Notes under the pieces: model-generated | Told to the model about the DNA's origin: nothing | What the model saw: the letters and a program-made list of their open reading frames with translations, nothing else | Database searches by the model: none | Made by a program: the position numbers and the translations under genes | From: Phormidesmis sp. | GTDB lineage: Bacteria; Cyanobacteriota; Cyanobacteriia; Leptolyngbyales; Leptolyngbyaceae | Assembly (NCBI GenBank): GCA_965248535.1 | Contig: CBDFJR010000002.1 | Location: forward strand, 1,088,001 to 1,152,000 | Reading direction: 5' to 3' | DNA: 64,000 nucleotides | Part shown: piece by piece, positions 33,248-41,941 of the stretch | Layout: each line of letters opens with the position of its first letter | Numbering within the stretch: the first letter of the stretch is position 1

Positions 33248-33251
33248 AGGA

Positions 33252-33806
33252 ATGAATGCTATGCAGTCAACAGAGCCTCATATACTACAAGCGTCGATCG
33301 TGGTTTTTTCTAAAAACTATTTACCGATCGCCCGCATCAGCATCAAACGTGCGTTTACCCCGAAGGGGGAACTGCTTCGCACCGTGCTAATCGTCACCGG
33401 ACAAGCCGAAACGCTCGAATTTGAGGATGCTCATCAGTGGGAAGTCCGCTCACCCAGCATCGTACTACACGTTTCTGAACACATCCGCTTAACCGGAGCC
33501 AACCCAGAACGCTATTGGAAAGTGCCCCCTGTCAGCCGTCGAGAAATTTTGCGTCGAGACAGCCACGCTTGCCAATATTGCGGCAGCACCAAACATCTGA
33601 CGATCGACCATGTGATTCCTCGATCAAAAGGCGGAAGCCACACCTGGGATAACGTAGTCACGGCTTGCACGACCTACAACTCCCAGAAAAGCAACCGCTT
33701 TCTCCACGAGATCGGCATGAAGCTGAAATCAAAGCCCCGAACACCGATTCATCCTGCCGTTGCCTTTGCCGAACAGTTTTGGAAAGCCACTGAAAAAAAC
33801 TTGTAG
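33252..33806 (+). CDS. HNH endonuclease (McrA-like, 'RRDxxxCQYCG' family)
   Basis: ILRRDSHACQYCG...LTIDHVIPRSKGGSHTWDNVVTAC; second CxxC reads CTTY. Confidence 0.9.
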   Translation: MNAMQSTEPHILQASIVVFSKNYLPIARISIKRAFTPKGELLRTVLIVTGQAETLEFEDAHQWEVRSPSIVLHVSEHIRLTGANPERYWKVPPVSRREILRRDSHACQYCGSTKHLTIDHVIPRSKGGSHTWDNVVTACTTYNSQKSNRFLHEIGMKLKSKPRTPIHPAVAFAEQFWKATEKNL

Positions 33807-33859
33807 TATGCCCTTGACGGCCTTGTATTACATAATGTAGTATTAATGTAATACAAGGC
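33802..33859 (+). promoter_or_regulatory. tRNA-array promoter (TTGACG-18-TAGTAT) with operator repeats
   Basis: TGTAGTAT at 33802 and 33836; perfect 14-bp inverted repeat GCCTTGTATTACAT (33820-33833) / ATGTAATACAAGGC (33846-33859). Confidence 0.65.
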
Positions 33860-33881
33860 GAGGCGAACCGGAGGCGACGAC

Positions 33882-34067
33882 ATGATTCTATTTTTAAGAC
33901 ATCCCCGATCGCGCTTCCGTGCGAGGGCATCGGACTCCTGGAAAAATTCAGACAGACGCGATCAACCATCCGAATCGCAACACAAACGTCAGTGTCAACA
34001 CAATCAAATTAAATCGCTAGAAGATCTAAGAAGCAAATACTTTTTAGAGCGACGAGCAATGCTTTAG
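33882..34067 (+). CDS. Small basic ORF at the head of the tRNA operon
   Basis: GGAGG Shine-Dalgarno upstream of ATG; 61 aa, Arg/Ser/Gln-rich; no recognisable family. Confidence 0.3.
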   Translation: MILFLRHPRSRFRARASDSWKNSDRRDQPSESQHKRQCQHNQIKSLEDLRSKYFLERRAML

Positions 34068-34135
34068 CCAACACTTCATTTATCAGTACCATGAAAACTC
34101 AATAGTCACGATCTTAAACAGGCGAGATTGTATTT

Positions 34136-34210
34136 GTCCGGGTAGCCAAATGGGAAGGCAGCAGTTTGCAAAACTACTCAGCAGGGGTTCGATTCCCCTC
34201 CCGGACTCCA
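34136..34210 (+). tRNA. trnC: tRNA-Cys(GCA)
   Basis: Acceptor GTCCGGG/CCCGGAC, loop TTGCAAA, GGTTCGATTCC, U73, encoded CCA. Confidence 0.85.
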
Positions 34211-34213
34211 AAA

Positions 34214-34287
34214 TGCAGTGTCCTGACGGTCAGGATCTCGGCTCATATCCGAGACGATTCGGGGTTCGAGTCCCCGCACTGCAACCA
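34214..34287 (+). tRNA. trnM: tRNA-Met(CAT)-like with shortened D arm
   Basis: TGCAGTG/CACTGCA acceptor, CTCGG-CTCATAT-CCGAG, T arm CGGGG-TTCGAGT-CCCCG, ACCA. Confidence 0.7.
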
Positions 34288-34290
34288 CTC

Positions 34291-34364
34291 GTAGGGATGG
34301 TGTAACGGTAGCATTTCGATCTCCAAAATCGACGATTTGAGTTCAAATCTCAGTCCCTGCGCCA
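34291..34364 (+). tRNA. trnW: tRNA-Trp(CCA)
   Basis: GTAGGGA/TCCCTGC, TCGAT-CTCCAAA-ATCGA, GCCA end. Confidence 0.85.
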
Positions 34365-34378
34365 ATCAAATTAGACAC

Positions 34379-34455
34379 GGTGCTGTAGGCAAATTGGTAA
34401 AGCCACAACGCTTTCAACGTTGCGTTTGCGGGTTCAACTCCCGTCAGCACTGCCA
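34379..34455 (+). tRNA. trnE: tRNA-Glu(TTC)
   Basis: GGTGCTG/CAGCACT, CAACG-CTTTCAA-CGTTG, GCCA end. Confidence 0.85.
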
Positions 34456-34473
34456 CATCGTTAGCTCGAATTT

Positions 34474-34579
34474 GGAGCGATCGCCATCGGCAAAGCAAAT
34501 CGTTTGCTAAACGAACACCTTCGGTGAAGCGAAGCTACCGGGGTTTATGCCTCTGTGGGTTCGACTCCCGCTCTCCACC
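34474..34579 (+). tRNA. tRNA-Ser(GCT)-like element with oversized variable region (pseudogene or atypical tRNA)
   Basis: TCGT-TTGCTAA-ACGA anticodon arm, ~40-nt variable region, GGGTTCGACTCCC T arm, imperfect GGAG/CTCC acceptor. Confidence 0.5.
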
Positions 34580-34580
34580 T

Positions 34581-34653
34581 GGGACTGTAGCTGAGTTGGT
34601 TTTAGCGTCAGGTTGAAGCCCTGAAGACGCGGGTTCGATTCCTGCCATTCCCA
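34581..34653 (+). tRNA. trnF: tRNA-Phe(GAA)
   Basis: GGGACTG/CATTCCC (one mismatch), TCAGG-TTGAAGC-CCTGA, GGTTCGATTCC. Confidence 0.8.
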
Positions 34654-34674
34654 TCTCGATTGTTCGAGAATCAT

Positions 34675-34748
34675 TGCCGAGTGGACGAACTGATCAGTCG
34701 TTGTCATTCAGAGTGATAACGATGTTGGTTTGAATCCAACTTCGGCAT
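34675..34748 (+). tRNA. tRNA-like gene with CAG (Leu) anticodon and short variable loop (atypical or pseudogene)
   Basis: TGCCGAG/TTCGGCA acceptor, TGTCA-TTCAGAG-TGATA, GTTGG-TTTGAAT-CCAAC T arm. Confidence 0.55.
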
Positions 34749-34756
34749 CTCGCCTT

Positions 34757-34827
34757 TGCCCTGTGGTGTAGTGGTAGCATTTCTCACTCTGAATGAGAAG
34801 AGTCAGGTTCAAATCCTGGCGGGGCAG
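34757..34827 (+). tRNA. trnQ: tRNA-Gln(CTG)
   Basis: TGCCCTG/CGGGGCA (U1-A72), TCTCA-CTCTGAA-TGAGA, G73. Confidence 0.85.
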
Positions 34828-34885
34828 TCGGGAGGCATGAAATGTGATTGGGTCAACATTTCTATCCTCCTGTTCCTCATATTTA

Positions 34886-34959
34886 GGGTTCGTGGCTCTC
34901 ACAGGGAGAGTACTTGTTTTCCACACAAGAGATTGTGGGTTCAACTCCCACCGAATCCA
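34886..34959 (+). tRNA. trnG: tRNA-Gly(TCC)
   Basis: GGGTTCG/CGAATCC, CTTGT-TTTCCAC-ACAAG, GGTTCAACTCC. Confidence 0.75.
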
Positions 34960-34961
34960 CT

Positions 34962-35038
34962 GTGACTGAACTCGAAGTCGTGGAGAGGCTGATTTGTGAA
35001 ATCAGTGTTAGCGAGTGCAACTCTCGTCAGTCACCCCA
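34962..35038 (+). tRNA. trnH: tRNA-His(GTG), no encoded G-1
   Basis: GTGACTG/CAGTCAC, CTGAT-TTGTGAA-ATCAG, C73 + CCA; T at position -1. Confidence 0.75.
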
Positions 35039-35048
35039 ACTAAGTTAT

Positions 35049-35131
35049 GGAAAGTATCGCTGAATGGTCGGCAACTCGTCTAGAAAACGAGGACTGGGTA
35101 ACACCTGGGGGTTCAATTCCTCTACTTTCCG
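35049..35131 (+). tRNA. trnS: tRNA-Ser(AGA), long variable arm
   Basis: GGAAAGT/ACTTTCC, CTCGT-CTAGAAA-ACGAG, type II variable arm, G73. Confidence 0.75.
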
Positions 35132-35160
35132 TCAATGCTATAACGATCGGAGGTGAGGAG

Positions 35161-35226
35161 ATGCAGCGTAAATTAGTTTCTGTTCAGGCGATCGGGCAAC
35201 TCCGGCCGATCCCCAACGCCGATTAA
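35161..35226 (+). pseudogene. N-terminal stub of an RNA ligase (DRB0094/Rnl2-like family)
   Basis: GGAGGTGAGGAG RBS then MQRKLVSVQAIGQLRPIPNAD*, resembling the M-RKL-S-Q-I--I-PI--AD-IE start of DRB0094-type ligases. Confidence 0.6.
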
Positions 35227-35238
35227 CGCGATTCGGAA

Positions 35239-35271
35239 AGACCTCCGATTTTTTGAAAAAATCGGAGGTCT
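35239..35271. repeat. Dispersed palindromic repeat AGACCTCCGATTTTTTGAAAAAATCGGAGGTCT
   Basis: Near-perfect inverted repeat; a related copy lies at 56652-56684. Confidence 0.7.
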
Positions 35272-35488
35272 GTTGGGCGAGACTGGGGCATCTAGGAAAT
35301 TCCTTTCGGTAGATCTTTGAAAGTAGGCTTTTCGGTATACCTAAAGTGGGAACGCAACGGGATCATGGAAGGAGCAGGGAAAACAAGTTTTCTTTGCTCC
35401 TTCTAAATGATTTAGGCTTGAAACACTCCTGTAAGCAATTTCAGGCGATCGCTGCTTCAGACTTGCATCTATTAGGAATTGAGAATCT

Positions 35489-36475
35489 ATGTCTACGATC
35501 GTGGTCGAACATCTCAGCAAGATCTACCCTGTCGCCGTTAAAGAATCAAGTCTCAAAGGAACATTGACCCATTTCTTTAAGCGCAACTATCGTCAGGTAA
35601 ACGCTGTTCAAGATATCTCATTTACGATCGAGCCGGGAGAAGTCGTCGGCTTTTTGGGCGCAAACGGAGCCGGAAAAACCACGACTCTAAAAATGCTCAC
35701 AGGCTTGATTCATCCCTCAGCAGGGCGCGTCACCGTTGCAGGACACATTCCCTTCGATCGCCGTGCAGCGTTTCTCAAACAAGTGACGCTAGTGATGGGG
35801 CAAAAGCAGCAGTTGATCTGGGATTTGCCTGCGGTTGATTCGTTTCGCATTAACGCAGCCGTGTATGGAATCTCGGATAATGCTCTCGATCGTCGCGTCG
35901 GCGAACTCAGCGAAATGCTGTCTCTAGAGGGCAAACTGACGCAACCTGTTCGCAAACTCTCTTTAGGCGAACGCATGAAAGCCGAACTGCTCGCCGCCCT
36001 TTTGCACCAGCCCCAAGTTTTGTTTTTAGACGAGCCAACATTGGGATTAGATGTCAACGCCCAGGTTGCGGTGCGGGAGTTTTTGCGCGACTATAATCAG
36101 CGATATCAGGCAACCGTGCTGTTGACGAGCCACTACATGGCAGACATTACGGCATTGTGTAAGCGAGTGTTGATGATTCACCAAGGGCAATTGATTTATG
36201 ACGGCAGCCTAGAAGGGTTGGTCGATCGCTTCTCACCGTGTCGCGAAGTCAGCATTGAGTTTGCTCAAAATTATTCTAAAGATCGCCTGATGCTCTATGG
36301 CGATTTGCAAGAATCAGATCACCATTCAGCCCGGTTTCTTGTGCCCCAAGAAGCGCTGACTCGCACAGTTGGCAAGCTTTTAGGAGATTTAGAGATTTTA
36401 GATTTGACGGTGATTGACCCTCCGATCGAGGAAGTCATTGGGCGAGTCTTTCAAGCCGGAACCGTATCAACCTAG
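35489..36475 (+). CDS. ABC transporter ATP-binding protein (ABC-2 type)
   Basis: GANGAGKTT, LSLGERMKAE, FLDEPT, LTSHYM. Confidence 0.95.
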   Translation: MSTIVVEHLSKIYPVAVKESSLKGTLTHFFKRNYRQVNAVQDISFTIEPGEVVGFLGANGAGKTTTLKMLTGLIHPSAGRVTVAGHIPFDRRAAFLKQVTLVMGQKQQLIWDLPAVDSFRINAAVYGISDNALDRRVGELSEMLSLEGKLTQPVRKLSLGERMKAELLAALLHQPQVLFLDEPTLGLDVNAQVAVREFLRDYNQRYQATVLLTSHYMADITALCKRVLMIHQGQLIYDGSLEGLVDRFSPCREVSIEFAQNYSKDRLMLYGDLQESDHHSARFLVPQEALTRTVGKLLGDLEILDLTVIDPPIEEVIGRVFQAGTVST

Positions 36476-36518
36476 ACATAAATTAAAGCCCCTAGATCAG
36501 CACCCAGAGACTTGGCGA

Positions 36519-36590
36519 TGGGGGTTACTGGACTTGAACCAGTGACATCTTGCTTGTCGAGCAAGCGCTCTACCACTGAGCTAAACCCCC
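36519..36590 (-). tRNA. trnV: tRNA-Val(GAC)
   Basis: Reverse complement GGGGGTTTAGCTCAGTGGTAGAGCG-CTTGC-TCGACAA-GCAAG...GGTTCAAGTCC...AACCCCCA. Confidence 0.9.
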
Positions 36591-36786
36591 GATTTTGAGC
36601 GTTCGATCGAGACAACAATCGAATCTCTGACCTTATCGCCTATGTGAGCATAGCATAGGGTTCACGATCGATGCAAATCTCTATTTTCCCTTCAGCAACA
36701 CCCCTATCTCAAGAATGATTAAAGTTCATTACGAACACCTTAAGCAATTCTAAGGTCTGTGATAATTTCAGGAGAGTGAATCACCC

Positions 36787-37014
36787 ATGCAGCATTTAGG
36801 AGAGGAGAACACTTTGGAATCGCGCTCACACCAAACCCCCAACCCTGCCACTAGAGAAGACTTTAGCGAATATGTCGCCCATCTTCAGCTTCACATGGCG
36901 CTGCAAGCCCGCAACCTGATGCCCAAACTCACCAACACTGCTGACAGCCGTGAGCAATTGCTGCATCAAACTCAAGCCACCGTCGAAAAACTGGTGTCTC
37001 GCCAAGGCTTCTAG
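36787..37014 (+). CDS. Small conserved cyanobacterial hypothetical protein
   Basis: YVAHLQLHMALQARNL...DSREQLLHQTQA.EKLVSRQ; start may be the TTG at about 36813. Confidence 0.65.
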   Translation: MQHLGEENTLESRSHQTPNPATREDFSEYVAHLQLHMALQARNLMPKLTNTADSREQLLHQTQATVEKLVSRQGF

Positions 37015-37192
37015 ATCAAGGTTTCTAGATAAAATTATTTTGAGAAGTGGGTAGCCGACGAGTCTCGATCGCTGGCTACCCACTTCTTTTAAAGCAGCGT
37101 TAGCCAAAGATTAATCGCCCATTAACCTCTCAACAAACTGCCCTTGGTAGCGTGAAGCCAGTCTTCTAATCTGTGGTAGCGGTCGAGCCTCT

Positions 37193-38776
37193 ATGACCTA
37201 CCAAACCAACCGTAGGCAGTTTTTGATTCGCTCAACTTTGGCCAGCGGCGGTGTGATCGCGGCTAACCTGCTCGGAAAAACTGGGCTAGCCCGATCGTTC
37301 CCCGCGATCGTCGCATCTGACAAAATGCGTCCTGGCATTCCCTACGGCGTAGCCAGTGGCGATGTCACCCAGGGCAGTGCTGTGATTTGGAGCCGCAGCG
37401 ATCGCCCTGCCCGCATGGTGGTGGATTATGCGTTTGATGAATCTTTTCGCAACGCCAAGCGCATCGTCGGCGCACTCGCTTTAGAAACCAGCGACTACAC
37501 CGCCCGTCTCAATCTGACTGGGTTACCCGACGAGCGGCAGATATTCTACCGAGTCAGTTTTCAAGACTTAGATCACGAAACTACTGTCAGCGCACCCGCT
37601 TTAGGATCGTTTCGCACGGTTCCTAAAGCGGGAAAAGACATCACCTTTGCTTGGGGCGGAGATACGGCGGGTCAAGGCTGGGGCATCAACCCTGACTTTG
37701 GCGGCATGAAAATTTACGAGACGATGCGGCAACTCAAGCCAGATTTCTTCATTCACTCTGGGGATAATATCTACGCTGACGGCCCCATCAAATCTGAGGT
37801 GACATTGCCCGATGGCAAAATCTGGCGCAATCTAGTCACCGAAGAGAAGTCCAAAGTAGCGGAAACGCTGAAGGAATTTCGCGGCAATTATCTTTATAAC
37901 TTGATGGATGAAAACATCCGGCGATTCAACGCTGAGGTGCCGCAGATGGTGCAGTGGGATGATCACGAAACCCGCAATAACTGGTATCCCCATCAGGTGA
38001 TTGGCAACGACGATCGCTACACCGTCAAAAATGTCTCCCTGCTTTCGACCCGCGCTAAACAGGCGTTTCTAGAATACGTCCCGATGCGGCTGAACGGCAG
38101 TGACCCTGCCCAGATTTACCGATCGTTTAATTATGGCCCCGCCCTAGATGTTTTCATGCTAGATGAACGCAGCTATCGGGGCGATAACTCTGCCAATCGG
38201 CAGCCTACTCTCAGTGCAGAGTCGGCTTTTTTGGGCGATCGTCAACTGCGGTGGTTAAAACAACGGCTGTTAGCGTCTCAGGCAACCTGGAAGGTGATTG
38301 CCAGCGATATGCCGATCGGGTTAATGATCACCGACGGGCCCAAAGCGTTTGAGGCATTTGCCAACGGCAATGGCGCACCGCTAGGACGAGAACTGGAGCT
38401 TGCTGATCTGTTCCGATTTATCAAACACAACCAGATTCGCAATGTCGTTTGGCTCACCGCCGATGTTCATTATGCGGCCGCCCACTATTACGACCCTAAC
38501 CGGGCCCAGTTCCAAGATTTTCACCCCTTTTGGGAATTTGTTACCGGGCCGCTCCACGCGGGCACCTATGGGCCTAATGAGTTAGACAACACGTTTGGGC
38601 CGCAGGTTAAGTTTTCTAGTGTGCCGATCGGGAGTCCTCAAAATATTCCTCCCACCGCCGGGCTGCAATTTTTTGGGCTAGTGCGAATCGATGGCGAAAG
38701 TCAAGTGATGACGGTGATGCAATACAACATTAACGGTAAACAGGTTTATAGCGTCGATTTACCACCGAAACATTAA
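37193..38776 (+). CDS. phoD: Alkaline phosphatase D, Tat-exported
   Basis: NRRQFL Tat motif, GVASGD, HSGDNIYAD, WDDHE, LTADVHY. Confidence 0.92.
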   Translation: MTYQTNRRQFLIRSTLASGGVIAANLLGKTGLARSFPAIVASDKMRPGIPYGVASGDVTQGSAVIWSRSDRPARMVVDYAFDESFRNAKRIVGALALETSDYTARLNLTGLPDERQIFYRVSFQDLDHETTVSAPALGSFRTVPKAGKDITFAWGGDTAGQGWGINPDFGGMKIYETMRQLKPDFFIHSGDNIYADGPIKSEVTLPDGKIWRNLVTEEKSKVAETLKEFRGNYLYNLMDENIRRFNAEVPQMVQWDDHETRNNWYPHQVIGNDDRYTVKNVSLLSTRAKQAFLEYVPMRLNGSDPAQIYRSFNYGPALDVFMLDERSYRGDNSANRQPTLSAESAFLGDRQLRWLKQRLLASQATWKVIASDMPIGLMITDGPKAFEAFANGNGAPLGRELELADLFRFIKHNQIRNVVWLTADVHYAAAHYYDPNRAQFQDFHPFWEFVTGPLHAGTYGPNELDNTFGPQVKFSSVPIGSPQNIPPTAGLQFFGLVRIDGESQVMTVMQYNINGKQVYSVDLPPKH

Positions 38777-38804
38777 AAACCACAAATTCAATCAACCCAA
38801 AATC

Positions 38805-38832
38805 GTAGGGGCACGGCAGTGCCGTGCCCCTC
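38805..38832 (+). repeat. GTAG-type REP palindrome
   Basis: GTAGGGGCACGGCAGTGCCGTGCCCCT; inverted relative at 40975-40999. Confidence 0.65.
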
Positions 38833-38893
38833 ACCCACCCAATCAACCCAAAGATTTAATCCACGATCGCACCCAGTTATCCCCAACCCTTGC

Positions 38894-39349
38894 CTAATGT
38901 TTAGGTTCTTTATGTTTAGGAAACGTGCGAACGAGATACCAAAAAACCGCCCCATTCAAAACAAAAACGACAAACTTTAGCACCGAAAATCCTTTCGTCA
39001 ACTCATAGACTTCTGGCGGAATGCTAATTCCTACGAGACCCAACACTAAGACGTGGGCCCAGCGCTTTTCAAACCATAGACCGACCGCTTCGATCGCCGT
39101 CACGATCGCATAAGCCGCCGCCCCAATGCCGCTAAATTGCAGCGTTCGTGGATTGAGATTGAGAATTTTATCCAAAATCCAGTCGATGATGCCAGTTTTG
39201 CCTTCGAGTTCATAATTACTCGAAAAATCTTGCAGTCCTTCGTAGTTTTTCATGGCTAATAACAGGGCGATCGCTGTCACCATCAGCAGAGAAGCCACAA
39301 AAGATTTATAAACTACGATCGCAATCAAACCAAACGGACGCTTTCTCAA
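38894..39349 (-). CDS. DUF2127 family membrane protein
   Basis: LIAIVVYK, IEAVGLW..KRWA, SIPPEVYEL. Confidence 0.8.
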   Translation of the reverse strand: MRKRPFGLIAIVVYKSFVASLLMVTAIALLLAMKNYEGLQDFSSNYELEGKTGIIDWILDKILNLNPRTLQFSGIGAAAYAIVTAIEAVGLWFEKRWAHVLVLGLVGISIPPEVYELTKGFSVLKFVVFVLNGAVFWYLVRTFPKHKEPKH

Positions 39350-39467
39350 CAGACCTCCCTCCCTAAGTTTTGGATACCCTTATTATTTAGGCTGCATCCA
39401 GCGATGGGCACCTCTCAAGGTATGATATAGCCCGCAGTCTTTTCAGCCGCAACTTTATTAAACGCTC

Positions 39468-40552
<1,085 letters not shown>

Positions 40553-40619
40553 AGACTATTTTTTCGTGCCAATTTCGATTTTTGCAATAGGATACAGTCG
40601 GAACATCAATCGAGGGGGA

Positions 40620-40886
40620 GTGCTGGTGGTTAACACGATCGAGCAAGCAGGTGCAGGTGTGGATGATGAACATGAAACGGCGTATCTCGATCCGGCGGTG
40701 GTGCGATCGGCGCGCCTGATCTATCAGACTTATTATGAAGTGCATCCCGAACTGACGGAGCCGCCTTTAGGGGTGGCGATCAACCGACTGACGCATCGAG
40801 GCAAACTGATTTTCACGGGCAAGGCGATTTTGCTGCCGCAGGAGTGCTTTGTGCCGTTTGAATGGATTGAGTCAGAGGCTTATTAG
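40620..40886 (+). CDS. Conserved cyanobacterial hypothetical protein
   Basis: DPAVVRSARLIYQTY...PLGVAI...RGKLIF...LLPQECFVPF; GGGGGA RBS before GTG; start uncertain. Confidence 0.65.
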   Translation: MLVVNTIEQAGAGVDDEHETAYLDPAVVRSARLIYQTYYEVHPELTEPPLGVAINRLTHRGKLIFTGKAILLPQECFVPFEWIESEAY

Positions 40887-40974
40887 CCAACCTTGGGGTT
40901 GAATGACTGGTTGTGGAAGGGGTAGGGAAGATTAGAATCGTGGATTGGATGAGATCTGTTTTTGCCTGGGCCAT

Positions 40975-40999
40975 GGGCACGGCGGTGCCATGCCCGTAC
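40975..40999 (-). repeat. REP-like palindrome, inverted partner of 38805
   Basis: Reverse complement GTACGGGCATGGCACCGCCGTGCCC. Confidence 0.55.
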
Positions 41000-41079
41000 G
41001 GGAGATTGAGTTTTCGTTTAATGTGCGATTTTTGGTGCTATCAATGCTCTGACTGTTGACCTCTGCCCCTCGACCCCGC

Positions 41080-41901
41080 ATGGATTTTCTATTTGCTCTG
41101 CCCGTAGCTCTGATTGTGTTTTGGCTGGGAGCCTCGATCGGGAGCTTTCTGAACGTTGTGGTCTATCGGCTGCCTGCTGGGTTGTCGCTGCTCTATCCGC
41201 CGTCTCGCTGCCCCCATTGCCTAACTCGCCTTAGAAAACGAGAAAACGTGCCTGTGCTGGGTTGGCTGTGGCTTAAAGGGCGGTGTGGTCACTGCAAAAG
41301 CTCGATTTCGTCTCGCTATCCGCTCGTCGAAGCATCGACTGGACTGCTGTTTTTGCTGACGTTTTGGGTGTTTGGCTTCTCGATCGCCACGATCGGCTAC
41401 TGGCTCTTTTTAAGCTGGCTGCTGGCGCTGTCGTTGATTGACTTAGACACGATGACGCTGCCAAACCCGCTCACCCAGTCAGGCTTGATTTTAGGATTGG
41501 CATTTCAGGCTCTCTCAGGATTTTTGATCACTTCTAGCCTGGCAGGTGCAATTCAATATTTCGTTGCAGGCGTGATCGGCGCAGTCCTGGGAGTCTGGCT
41601 GCTCGATGCTATCTCGTTTGGAGGCACGATCGCGCTAGGGCAACCCGCAATGGGGGCAGGCGATGCCAAACTAGCGGCGATGATGGGCGCTTGGCTGGGC
41701 TGGAAACTGCTGCTGATCGGCGGATTTTTGGCCTGTGGAGCCGGAGCACTGGTAGGCGGAGGCGCGATCGCTTTGGGACTGATCAATCGCCGCCAGCCGA
41801 TCCCGTTTGGCCCGTTTTTAGCTCTAGGAGCCGCTTTGAGCCTCTTTTACGGCGAGGCGTTGCTCTCAGGCTATCTGAGGCTGTTTTTTCCTACGATTTA
41901 G
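41080..41901 (+). CDS. pilD: Prepilin peptidase / N-methyltransferase
   Basis: [45 protein letters not shown]. Confidence 0.95.
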   Translation: MDFLFALPVALIVFWLGASIGSFLNVVVYRLPAGLSLLYPPSRCPHCLTRLRKRENVPVLGWLWLKGRCGHCKSSISSRYPLVEASTGLLFLLTFWVFGFSIATIGYWLFLSWLLALSLIDLDTMTLPNPLTQSGLILGLAFQALSGFLITSSLAGAIQYFVAGVIGAVLGVWLLDAISFGGTIALGQPAMGAGDAKLAAMMGAWLGWKLLLIGGFLACGAGALVGGGAIALGLINRRQPIPFGPFLALGAALSLFYGEALLSGYLRLFFPTI

Positions 41902-41941
41902 CCTTTATCGTGAGAAAAGCAGTCCCAATCCTTTCGTCATC

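Noticed and set aside
34507..34965. ORFs overlapping the tRNA array
   Set aside because: Spurious frames across tRNA genes
36519..36590. tRNA-Val as integration site of the tRNA/HNH module
   Set aside because: No duplicated tRNA 3' end or adjacent integrase was found, and an ordinary ABC gene lies between
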